A stretch of 63,595 bases of DNA, filler included, from Intoshia linei (lineage: Eukaryota > Animalia > Orthonectida): the NCBI GenBank assembly GCA_001642005.1. It is 5 parts of 5 records of this genome, joined end to end, with 100 filler letters (N's around TTAATTAATTAA, not from the genome) between each part and the next. Parts side by side here need not be neighbours in the genome. Positions count along the whole stretch, not along the records: positions 28,056 to 52,848 come from LWCA01000519.1; 4 more parts are not named here. The stretch is one strand, 5' to 3'. Under the pieces are notes generated by a model, which was not told the DNA's origin, made no database searches, and saw only the letters and a list, made by a program, of their open reading frames with translations. The translations under genes were made by a program, and so were the position numbers. Each line of letters opens with the position of its first letter. Positions within the stretch are counted from its first letter, which is position 1. Below, piece by piece: positions 39,098-51,724 of the stretch.

Positions 39098-42000
39098 CTA
39101 ATTGGTAGATTCAGGGTCAATATTGTTGTAGCATTTAGTGGGCAAATTATCGTGTATCTTGGTTAATTTATCTAATGATTTATGATAAGTAATTAATGAA
39201 AGTGTGGCTAAGTAAATGCTATCCAATTGTTTCTTTTTGGCATCTGCTAAATCTGAATATATATCATCAATATGATTGTCTTTGTATTTCTTTAAAATGT
39301 CGTCAAACATTTCTTGATATTTAATGGTGTCTTGTTCATATTGTAACACATTTAACAGTGTATCTAAATTTAATATATACGATAATTATCTCCCAGATTT
39401 GTTAGTCTTTCAATTTGTGGTAAATAATCACAATACCACAATTATTTTAGTTTTTACCAAAAAGTTGAACTGCATTTGCCAGATGACAGAGGCTCTGCGC
39501 ACGAATTTTAAAAATAACAATTTTTAACCCCTTAATTTACATAGCCAATATTAAAAAAATTACCCAATTCTTTAGATATTTCTTCAATATCCAATAAAGT
39601 ATTTGACAAGGCTATATTATTGTTTTCAATCATCCACAGATATTGATTCGATTTATACAACATCTAATAAAATTATCTTAATTTTTCATGGATTATTACT
39701 TCATCAAGGTAGATACTATTATTTTTTATATTGTTCATGTATCGATCAAATTTTTCACTTGTTGTAGAACTGTCTGTCATTAGTTTGTCCAATTTCTTAT
39801 TGAACAAGGTAAAATTCTGTTGTAAAGATTCCATTTTTTTGTTGTTTCTATCCATAATCTTAATTTAATTATTATTTTAGTTTCTTTTAAATTATTATAT
39901 TAATATTAAAAATATTCATTGTGCTAATGGAAAATTTACAACTTTCTCAGTTTACTCGGATGATTCAAAAAATAAAAAACGTTTTGTTTTTTTCCATGAT
40001 TTGAAAAATTTTTCCTAATTGTAATTATTGACATAATTGTAACTAGACCGCTTCAAAATTATCGGTCAATTTTGCAATAATCGGAATTCTTGCTTACTAC
40101 ATCATCAAACGTTTTCAGAGGTGGATAAATCGAATTTGTTTCAGAAATATGAAAAAATGTTACTGTGTACTATAGTGTAGTTTTTACAAAATAAATAAAA
40201 AAATTGGGACATAACTATAATAAATACCGGTGACCATCTCATTCAGATTATCTACTTGAAAGTTTGAAATAAATATCTGCTTCAGTTGGTCACATATGAA
40301 TGCCGCGGTATATCACTAAAATAACAATTTACCTCAGAAATGAATATAGCATTTTGATCGATAAAATTTGTATTATTAGTAGTTTCATCAATTACATTAG
40401 TCATTTCAGAGATTTTATGATTAGTATTGGTTATCATGATATAATTCATTCCCAACATTTCTTCAATATTTTCAATCTTTTTCATTTCAATTTTAGCTAT
40501 TTCCTGTTGATCCGTAAAATTTTTATTATAATCTAAAAGAATTGAGTTAAATTCTGTCTGTTACAAAGCTTTGCAAAGATGTTGCCAGGATTGCAGATAA
40601 AAATTTTATTACCAGCACGTGCTGGTATTAATACCAGCAAAATTAAAAAATTATTTTATTTTTTTAAAGTACATTATTGCAGAGTTGTCAGATGTAGGAA
40701 TTTTATTCAAAGTCTGGACGATGGCTACATTATTATTTAAAAAACCCACTTTAATTTCACTAAATTAATTTAATAAAAAATACCATTTCAAACTCTATGT
40801 AAAAATTCCTTTTTTACGATATTCAACGATAATTTAATTTATTAAATCCTCTTTAAAATTGGGTACAAAATAAATTTTCAAGAAAATTTTTTTTAAATTT
40901 ACAAAATGTAGAAAAAAAAGTTTTACTTAAAACCTTTATAAATTTATTAAAAAAAAAATCCCTAAAAATCTTTAAAATTTGGTACGAAAACATTCTCTTG
41001 AAAACCCTCTTTAAATCTAGAAAAAAAGTTTCCCTAAAAACGCTTTTTAAAATTTGTTAAAAATCCTCTTTAAAATTTAAAAACAAAGTTTTCCTTAAAC
41101 CCCTTTATAAAATTTTCTTAAAAACCCTTTTTAAATCTAGAAAAAAAAGTTTCCTAAAAACCCTTTTTACAATTTGTTAAAAAAATTCCTTAAAAATCCT
41201 CTTTAAAATTTGATACAAAAAATTTTTTCTAAAAACCCTCTCTAAATCTAGAAATAAAAATTTCCTAAAAACCCCCTTTAAAATATAGGAAAAAAATCTT
41301 TAAAAACCCTCTTAAAAATCTAGAAAAAAAGTTTTCTTAAAACCCCTTTTTAAAATTTGTTTTAAAAAAATTTCCCTAAAAACCCCCTTGAAAATATGAA
41401 AAGTACGACCTCGGTAGAGTTAGGTGCTGTTTGTACAAAGTACATAACAGTCAAATTAGTTTAAAATGAAACCAACCTTTAAGAGATTTGTATATTTTTT
41501 TAGTTTCATTAATTTTGTCTTCCATTTTACTGGTTTGGTTATTGTAATTCATTAAAACATTATCCATTTGGCTAACTAAGCTGGTAAAATTCTAAAAAAT
41601 GATTTAAATTGTAAAATATTAAAAAGTACGCCGTGCACTAATAAAATTTCATTTACAGTTTTATTTACAGATTTTTGATTTTCAAAATTATCTTTTAAAG
41701 TAACTTGTACTCCATTCTGAATATTGTTAAATTGATTAATCTTTTTTTCAGACTAATATTCAATTAATATAAATATTGTAATTATTTTAACTTTTGACAA
41801 AATTTGTAAAAATTTTTCATCTAATAAATCTTCATCAAATGATAATTTTATTTTATCAATTTTTAAAGATAATTTTAATCCGGCTGTATGAACATTGTCT
41901 ACTTCTCGGTATATATTATCCATTAATTGTATCATGTGATTTAAAGTTTTATTGTTGTTGTATGATCTAATTTATAATAAAAACAGTGATCTTCGTCACC

Positions 42001-45000
42001 AAACGTTTCCCTGCGGTTCGCATGACCCGCGAAACTGTTTGGTGGTCTCATAAATATATTGAAAACATACTGCAGTAACAAGTTTTGATTAGTCATGTGA
42101 TACTTTTGCGGTCCTAATGATAATACTTTTAATAGATCCACATTCTCCTTAATTATTCGTATTATGGAATCAATTCTAGATTTCACTGCATCGTAATTGC
42201 GTTGAACTCTAATTTTTATACTTTACTTTAATTATATTAATTTAAACTTTTCAATTTCTTTTCTAACATTTTTCACAATATTTTCAATGTTATGAAAATT
42301 TTTCCCATTCAATTCTTGCTCCTTTTCAATCATGTCAACCTCCAATTCTAAATTATTAATAGATGTTCTGAAATTATTCAGTTTTTCGTCAATCTGGTCA
42401 AAATTTTTCAATTTTTCGTTAAATAAAGCTTTCTTTTTATCAAAATATCCAGCATCCAACAATAAATCATCATTATAATACATTTTGTTTAGTTTTTCTT
42501 TGATTTCATCCATACCCGTCATATATTTCTCTGCGTTAATGGGTTTTGTCCAATTTCCTACATTTAATTTAGGTTTAAAAACAGGATATCAGTTTATTCA
42601 TATCCACTCACGTTTTATTATTTCATCGTTCATTTCTTTTAGCGTTAATTGAATAATATTAAAATTTGACAAAATATTGTATTTATCATCATTTGTGATA
42701 TTGGCTAATTTATTTACAGTATTTTTTGATATTTCATTTAGTCCATTTTCAAAACTTTTCAGGCTAGATTCAATACTTTTAAAAGATTCATCCACCAATT
42801 TATAACAATCAGGGCATGCTAAAGTATATTTATCCAGGTGGCAGTAAAAATAATAATTACGTTGACATTGTTCAATTAAGCTGTATCTATTTCGAATGCA
42901 TCTGTCACATTTTTTACCTTCTACATTTAATTTACAATTACATTTTCCGGTTTTTAAATGACATTGTAAATCAATGGATCCATATTTATCACATTTACAT
43001 TCTAAAATACACATACATGTTGGATTAATAAACGCTCATTAATAATGATTAATAAAAAAATTTCCATCCTCATTTTAATGTTTAGGCACTTTCTGTTATA
43101 CAAATATTTGATAAAAAGAAAAGTATTTTTATAATTAAAAAAATGTCAAACTTCAACTAAAAATTTTCAATACTGGCACAAAACTGGATTTTTCCCTTAA
43201 AGGTTACTAAAAATAAAACTTTCCTTTTAAGGTTGGTAAAACTGGAATTTTTCTTTAAAGGTTGTTAAAACTGAATTTTTCCTTTTAGTGTTGGTAAATT
43301 TTGATTTTTAGTAAAAATGGTTGGATTTAAGTAGACACCCTTAAAAAATATATTCATTTTTTAATCTTCCCCGTTATCTGTGATAAATAAAAAAATACTA
43401 AATACTATTTCGAGCTTTAACTGTACTAAGTTTACTAACCCAATCTACTTTATTGATATTTTCAATAAACTTCCTTATAGTGGGATTTGATGCTTGATTA
43501 AATGAAAAATTTTATTTTATCATTCACACAAATTATTCATTACAGAAAAATTATTGTCAATAGCATTATTTTCAAGTAACTATAACTGACTCGATTAATA
43601 AATAATTAATGACTTGATAAACTGAACTGATTATTTTAGACCTAGAATTCTTAGTTTAAATGTTTTGTAAAAATAATTGTATACAAAAACAATACAAATA
43701 CAAAAATGGCACAACTTAAATAATTATAATTACATTTCAATGAAAATAAAAATGTATTGTTAGATTAACACAAGTCTAACTTGATATAAAAGTTACGGGA
43801 TGAGTGTATTATAACTGATCTGCAAATTATGTTATTATTAGTGCATTACAATATAAATCTTATGTTATAAGCTAGGCGTTACCACCATAGCCGTCTTAAG
43901 CCACTTCGTGGCCCTGGGCTAAGCAAAAGACATTTTTTGATATTTTCAATAAACTTCATCATAGTGGGATTTGATGCCCGATTAAATTAAAAAATTTGTT
44001 ATTCTATCATTGACACAAATTATTCATTATAGGAAAATTATAGGCAGTAGCATTATTTTATTTTCAAGTACTTCGTACAATACATAAGTACGTAATTATA
44101 ATTATTTAATGTGTGCCATTTTTGTAGATTATCCATTTTTAAGTTATATTTTCTTATTGAATTCATTTTTTTGATATAATTCAAAATGTGCCCTCGGCAG
44201 AATTAGGTGCTGTTTGTACGTATTACAAAACAGCCAACCTAGTACAAACTAAAATATAATAAAGCATACAACATTTATACACTTACATCAAAAGCAATAC
44301 AAATTAATAAAAACTAATATACACGGTAAATAGAAACTTATAAAAATTGTGAATCAAAACAAATAAAAAATTTGAGACCCTCACATAAAAGTAATATAAA
44401 CCTGAACATCCAAGATCCGAAAATTTAAAATGATTTTCTATGCACTTGTCACATTTTACTCCTTTTACACCTTGCAGACAAAAACATTCACCAGTTTTGA
44501 TATCACATTGTTCATTTAAAGACCCAACCCGATGACACATGCATGATTTACAACCTAAAAAAAATATATAAAAAGCACCTAAACGAGTAACCCTTCCCGG
44601 AAAATAAATCCCAATTATTTTCTATGCAAATATCGCATTTTCTAGATGTAATATTTTTTTTGCATTCACATTGGCCACTAACATTATCACATATTTCATT
44701 TAAAGATCCGTATTCATTGCATTGACATTCTACATTATTCACATTTTATAAATATTTCAAATAATTTCACATTTTTTACCTTTACATTTATCTTTAGAAA
44801 AATTATCCTTTCTGGCATTACCATAATAACCTTTTTTACAATATTGACAATCCTTTCCAAAGGTATGGTTGACGCACTTGAGACATTCACCAGTCTTGCT
44901 AAACATGAAGACGAAAATTAAAAAAAATATACTCATCACAGTTTCCAATATGGCGTAAATCAATATTATTGTTGCAGATACATTTCTTGCATGCCGGATA

Positions 45001-48000
45001 TTCTCTTGATCCTATAGATGAATCCATGTAATAACCATCTATGCATTGGTCGCATCTTTTACCTAAAATTTAATTTAATTTTTGAACCGTAAACTGTAAA
45101 TTTACCCACATGTCCGATTCTACAGTTGACACAAATTAACTCTGAAGATTCGTCATTCGGATTTTGTAATATGCAATTCCCATTATGGGGACAAGGACAT
45201 TCTAAACACGAATTTAGCAAACCTTCTGTAGCGTCTCCATAATAATGTTGAGAACATTGCTCACAGTTGAAACCTTTTGTGTTATGATTACAAATACATT
45301 CTCCTATATAATGATTAGATAGTGGCCGTTATTATAAAAAAACCTGTTTCAGGATTGCAAATATCGGAATGATTATTACATCTACATTTTGCAGATTTTG
45401 AAAATGAACCAAGTTTTTTATTTGCTCGATAATATCCTTCTGCAGGACTTTCGCAAAGTTTACCAATATATCCTGCCAAGCAAATGCATTTTTGAATGTG
45501 AGTGACAGATTTCATTTCTGTGCTATTTGCAATATTTCCCATATAAACACCTGAACCCAAAGAAATTTTATATAATTTGCTGTGACCTAGTGAAATTTAT
45601 TAACAAGTTTAAGTTTATATACATTTTATTAATTTAAGATTTTAGTAAATAAAATTATACCAGACATTGAATATGATCCTCTAATTTTTATTGAAGAAAT
45701 GTTACTCAATAATTTGTAAAAATTGTAGGAATTCAAATTCGGATACCAGTTTAGTTTAAATTGTCCACCCAATGAGTCAATGTTATTTATTAGTTGAAAT
45801 GAATAATTTTCAATGTGACCGCCCAGGTTGGGTGGCTTGTTTTCTTGTGCAGAAAGTTCACACGACACTTTTAAATTGTGGTATTTTGATTCAATTATAA
45901 TATCGTCTCTCGATACTACAATAGGTTGGCTTGTAGGGGAAATATAAAGAGAAAAATTTAAATATTCTCCATAACTGTTCAACTGATTGCCAAGATAAGA
46001 ATCTAAAATGTATAATACATTGTATATAAATTTTAATTTTACATTTCTATAATTCAGTCACTTTTTTCAAAATTTATATGATTTTAGGGAATTTTTAGCC
46101 AAATGTTATGAAGTTTATTATAATACAGTTTTGCGAGAATGAAATTTTCCCCAAAATATCATTTTAAAAAATTCAAAACCCTACTTACACCATTTATTCA
46201 AATTATATGTAAATTAAAAAATTACCAGAATTTCATAATACATAATTTGAATATTTTTTGAAATCATCAACATTATTATGAATAAAACCTCAATAACGTA
46301 CATTTTCATGATCAAAACCACAAATTAAATTTTTTTTCAAAAATGCAACTATTTTTACTAAAAATCAAAATTTACCAAGACTTTAGGGAAAATTCTAGTT
46401 TTACCAATACTTAAAAGAAAAATTTAGTTTTATTAATTTTTTAGGGAAAATTCCAGTTTTACCAAACCTTAAAAAAAAAACTCCAGCTTTAACAATCCTT
46501 TAGGGATAATTTTAGTTTTACCAACCCTTAAGGAAAAATTCCAGTTTTACTTTAATATATATAAACTAATTTATATAAATAACTTTAAAAAATTATTATT
46601 TTGATACAGTCCAGTACACCTAGAGAAAAAATTTCAACCTCAGAAATCCTATTATTCCTGGTCAAAAACGAATATTAATACATATGTATGTTACCAACCA
46701 ATATTTTTTATAAAAAATTAAAATTTAAATAAATGCACATAAAATAAATACTGATTATAGTGCTCAGATTTTATTTAATTTAAAAAAATAGGGTCGTTAC
46801 GAGTGGGTTAAAATTGTAGAATCCAACCCATGAAGGCTCTGCTTGAGCCGTCAAACTCAACATACAACAATTTAAAAGAAACTATATATACTGTATATAG
46901 AAACATACCTGGAAGTGAATAATAAACGGGTTGAACATAACCAACGCGTATCATAATAAATCCTTCTTTTTTATCATGATTTACGTTTATTTTTGAATTG
47001 TGCCTATCAAGTCCTATCCAAACATGCGAGTCTAATTAAATATTGATCAATTTTCAAAACCAATCTTTTAACCTTTAGTAAAATGCGATTCAATAGAATG
47101 ATAAAAATATTCTGTATCGGTTTCACATTTTGATGAATGACCATAACAAAAACAAGCTAAACAGCCATGTTCGTTTTTTCTTTCAAGGTTGAAATATCCT
47201 GGCATGCAACTATTTAATATTATTAATTGTATTAATAATATTTATTTTTTGAATAAATAAATTACGAGTTGCATTTACGTCCTTCAACATAAAATTTACA
47301 ATCACAGAGACCACTATCACTTCTACATCTTCTACTAGAATTCCTTGTCCCATTTTTATTACAATCGCAATTTCTATAGAATAAAATTAGTATGTAAACA
47401 CAATGCACATTGTTTTCCTATCACTTTACTAATTTTTGTATAACCCGTAAAGGAAATTGAAATAAAAATTTGATTGTGATTTATACAGCCATTCTCAATA
47501 TAGACTCAATATAATTCTAACTCAAAATATTTTGTACTAATTATGTTACATTCATATAAATACGTTATTTATGTACATAAGTTATGTATAAAACAAGAAC
47601 ATTTTAAAATTAAAATTATATGATAAAAATTTAAGGTTTGGTAATTTATTGTTATTATCAAATTAAATCATTACTTATTTAAAGTGTAATGTCTGTGTGC
47701 TTCCGGTTAATTAAAAACTAAAATTATTAGAATTTTAAAAAGACAAATGTATATACATTGTATATTATACAGTTTTTTTCACCGAGTATTAAGTATAAAT
47801 TTGATTTTCAAAAATTCAATTTTTTTTAAGTTTACGGTCAAGAACTAAAATTACCAATTTAATTATCATGTATAGAATAAGACATTTTACAAAATTTCGG
47901 TATTTCTAAAAATGCGCACGACATACAAATATAAAAATAAAAAATTTTGGGATAGTTGTATATTAAAAATAATATGATATACTCGCATCCATTCATATTT

Positions 48001-50540
48001 ATATTGTAAAAATTAGGCAAGCATTCGTTGCATACATTTCCTGTAACACCGATTTTGCAAGAACATTTTCCATTATCATCACATTGTTCATGTATTGAAC
48101 CTATATAAAATACATTATAAATGCATATAAATATTATTGTGAATTTTGCTTAGTTTTTTCCCATTTTTTGTTATAAATAAAAAAATTTAAATTATGTGTA
48201 ATTTTTTTATGTTTTTCCACATGCCATTTATAATCAAAAAAATAAAATTTTACTTAATTTTAAGTTTTTTTAACCCGTTTTCCTCATTCACTTTTAATTA
48301 AAAATATGTAAAATTTGCCTGGTTTTTCTATATTTTCCGTTATATATAAAAATTTACTTAATTATCTGGAATTTTATTAAGTTTGTCCAATATACCATTT
48401 CTAATCAAAAAAATAAAATTTGAGTTCATTTTACCGTTCCCCCCATTTTCCGTTATAAATCAAACATTTAAATTATTGGTAATTTTTTTAAGTTTCTTCT
48501 CATTAATATTTCTAATCAAAAAAATAACAAAAATCAAACAAATTTCAATATAATTTAATATTTTGATTTTTGTCACCACTTTCCATTATAAATAAAAAAA
48601 TTTAAATTATAGGCAATTTTTATCAATTTTTAACCATTGCCATTTATAATCAACAAAAAAAAAATTGAGTTAATTCTATGGTTTTCCGCCCCATTTTCCG
48701 TTATAAATAAAAAATTTTATAATACTGTAATTTTTCTCAGTTTACACGTTTGCCATTTCTAATCAAAAAAAATTAAGCTAATTTTAAAGGTTTTTGTCTC
48801 CATTTTTCGTTATAAATATAATTTTTTAAGTTTCTCCTCATTGACATTTATAATAAAAAAAAAATTTAATTTTCCTCCCCAAATTCCGTTATAAATAAAA
48901 AAATTAAGATAATCGGGATTTTTTTTGCAGTTTTAAGCTTTAAAAATAGATGTAAGCTAATTTACACATTTTTGTTTCCATTTTCCGTTATATATAGAAA
49001 AAATGACTGATATTCGTGATAAAATTTATTATTTCTATTTCGTCACAAAGATTCAAATTTACAAACCAGGTCATATACCATAAGATTTATTTTCATTGAT
49101 GCTTTTATGTAAAAATATTAAAAACTATTAAATTACCCATAGGATCGCATTTGCAAGCGACACAAAGTGAACTAAGATCGGATACATTGGATCGATAATA
49201 ATTGGGCTTGCATAAATGACAGTTTATTCCAATAGTATTATAACGACAGTTAATACAATGACCTCCGTGTCCAGTAGAATCGTATAAATCCTGATCAAAA
49301 TAGCAACGATCCGAGAAATTATTGCAATTGCATGCTGTAAAATATTTTATCAAGGAAAATTGATAATATTACGATAACAAATATTGGCATCAGTCGAAGT
49401 TCCTGGAGCCCAAGGTCGATCATTGTAAAAATCTAAACACTTTTCACAGTCTATTCCACTGGTATAATGTTGACACCTGCAAACCATGCGATTCTCTACA
49501 TTTTCACCGGAACTAATAATACAATCTCCTGCATGACCGTTACAATTGCACCTATATTGTTATTATAAATAATAAAAAACATTAATCAACCTTCCTCCAA
49601 TTGAAATATCAGAAATTGCATAAAAATATGTTTTCAAAACGTTTCTATCGGTATAAATTTCATCACCAAAAGTATTCATCCTATCCAACTTAATGAGTAT
49701 ATCCGTTGCAGTTACCCATTCCTGTGAATATTGAAATTAAGGGTTTGTTTTACTTATTTATTTACAAACCTGTATATCAGAATTTTCTTCAAATGGCGTC
49801 GTTTTGTGATACTGATCTAGTACTGCAAAAACAACATTTCCATTTGTCAGTGGAGAAATATCTGAATTCTTGTCATCACAAAGTGCTCTCATTTTTTCAT
49901 TTTCTTTAATGTAATCATTACTAGGAATTTTGTATGTTTTTTCGCAAGAAGCACTATAATACTGATATGGAATCCAACTAGAGTTTAAATGAGTTTTTTT
50001 GAGTATTGTGAAACTTTCTGGACGACTGGACTGAAACGTTATATCAATATATGTAATTGTAAAAGATTTTCCCAGTTTTAACGTAATATTTACAGAATTT
50101 GGGTACTGTATGTCTGCATCTAATAGAGTATCACTTTGCCACCAGGTTAAATCGTATTTAGTGACGTCGTTGATATATTCAACTGTATGTTTACGTTCAT
50201 AAGATTTGTCACATTTATCGCAGAATGTTGCACCGTAAGCGGATCCACCATATGGTGTTTGTCGACAAAAATAGGTAGTATTACCTTCACCACATGTGTT
50301 GGTTGCTATAATATTGATACCAAATGCAGCATTAGTGAATTCGGGATAGCAATGAACATGTGATTCTGTTTCAGGATTGTAACAACGATTAAGTCGGCTA
50401 GAGTTTTTTTCAACTTTTATATACTCTTCATTTAGTGTATGGTGTGTAGTCGATATAAAAGTGTAATCGGCATTTTTATCAAATTCGTGGCAATTTACAA
50501 AAATTTTAAGCAAAAAAAGAGTGTAAAATGCATTCCACAT
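39098..50540 (-). CDS. LAMC1: Laminin subunit gamma-1 (multi-exon, apparently complete)
   Basis: Signal peptide, LN domain ([38 protein letters not shown]), LE repeats, L4 domain (SYGEYLNF...[14 protein letters not shown]), further LE repeats, a long coiled coil, and gamma-type C-terminus [15 protein letters not shown]. Confidence 0.95.
40840..41400. repeat. Degenerate ~30-35-bp minisatellite array in a laminin intron; related arrays at ~20690-20900 (inverted) and ~32560-32750
   Basis: Recurrent unit aaaaccc(t/c)tttttaaa(tctag|atttg)aaaaaaagtttcct, directly followed by the Helitron-like end at 41405. Confidence 0.8.
43455..43580. repeat. Local direct duplication; second copy at ~43938-44070
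   Basis: tgatattttcaataaacttc.t.atagtgggatttgatgc...cacaaattattcatta...tagcattattt occurs twice. Confidence 0.8.
46360..46550. repeat. 32-bp tandem minisatellite; inverted relative at ~43185-43300
   Basis: Unit ttttaccaacccttaagg(g)aaaattccag repeated about six times. Confidence 0.85.
48140..49000. repeat. Degenerate ~60-bp tandem array in a laminin intron
   Basis: Alternating subunits ccattttccgttataaataaaaaa and gccattt(c/a)taatcaaaaaaa recur about every 60 bp. Confidence 0.8.
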
Positions 50541-50750
50541 TATGGGACAGTAAATTTAAATTTATGTACACTATGCAACCTCGGAATTTAAAAAATGACA
50601 AGATTTATGAATATTACTACACATGTCTTTGTTTCTTAAAAAATGCATTATTTATGATACAATACTTGTCAAATTGACAAAGCTATCAGACGATTTAAAA
50701 AAATAATATTTATTATTACAATGATAAGTATACTTTTAAAGCCGGAAGGA

Positions 50751-51706
50751 TTATTTACATCGGTAGAGAACAACATTTACCAACTTTTGCAATATATCAA
50801 TGTCAATTGATTTGTCTTTTAAAGGTAAAACTGAATCCATGGCCTTTGAACAATAGAATTGAGCCAATTTAATGCAATCTTGTACTGCTCCAGACTAATC
50901 ACTTGTAGCAAAATATATGACAGTTACCTCAATAATCAATTTTCGTTTTTCATATACATTGCCGTCATCATAAATTATTTTCTTTAATTTTTCTGACTAA
51001 ATAGGTTCGTTTTAGCTAGTTTACAATTACTTTTCCTAGCGCCATGATGATGGGACAAGAAAATACACCTTGCTGAAGATCGGCACATTCAGGTTTACCA
51101 ATAGTTTCACTTTGCTGGGTAATATCTAGAACGTCGTCAAGAATCTAATAAATGAATAATAATTCATTAAAGAAATGTTGACAATCAACTAATTTATTAT
51201 AAACATGTTTTGCTGATAATTAGAGAAGATTAAATACTGACGATTCATTATAAATTGTCTGTTACCCAAAATCATTTGAGATTTTGTAAACCAAGAAAGT
51301 CAAAAATTAAACCTGGAAAGCAATTCCTAGATTAGTACCAAAAAGATGTGCAGCCTCAATTTTTTCATCAGAATAATTGTCCTTTTCAATGCATATCACC
51401 TGAAATTTAGTAAATTTACAATTGTATCTTAATTACAGCTTGATAAGAATTTGAAATCAAGCTAGCCGTTTTTAATTGAACGATGGATATGTAATCCGAC
51501 AATTTAATATCACATTTCTTATATTTTTGAATTGTACCAAATTCTTCAAATTCACCTACATGACTATAATTTTGAAAATAATTGAATGTAATACCTTTTG
51601 CTAAATCTTCAATAATTTTGGATACAATTCGTAGGACTTGAATATTTTCTAAATCCGCTAATAATTGAGTAGCCTTTGATAAAATGTAATCTCCAGTTAA
51701 AACGGC
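50751..51706 (-). CDS. PDSS1: Decaprenyl-diphosphate synthase subunit 1, 3' six exons (5' exons with the first DDxxD motif not found)
   Basis: Exons read AVLTGDYILSKA...IIEDLAKG|EF...KTASLISNS|...FGTNLGIAFQ|ILDDVLD...GKPECADLQQG..CPII|...|...LAQFYCSKAMD...VLYRCK*, a trans-prenyltransferase SARM region colinear with PDSS1. Confidence 0.88.
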
Positions 51707-51724
51707 CTAAAATAAATTTATATA

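Noticed and set aside
40840-41400. CRISPR-like periodic repeats (also 46360-46550 and 48140-49000)
   Set aside because: The units are degenerate head-to-tail repeats without unique spacers, there are no cas genes, and the context is eukaryotic introns.
41968-42070. GC-rich hairpin apparently inside laminin ORF 41941..42186 ([18 protein letters not shown])
   Set aside because: The segment is a GT-AG intron holding a collapsed hAT-MITE remnant (CACCAAAC...GTTTGGTG). Splicing it out restores the coiled-coil frame.
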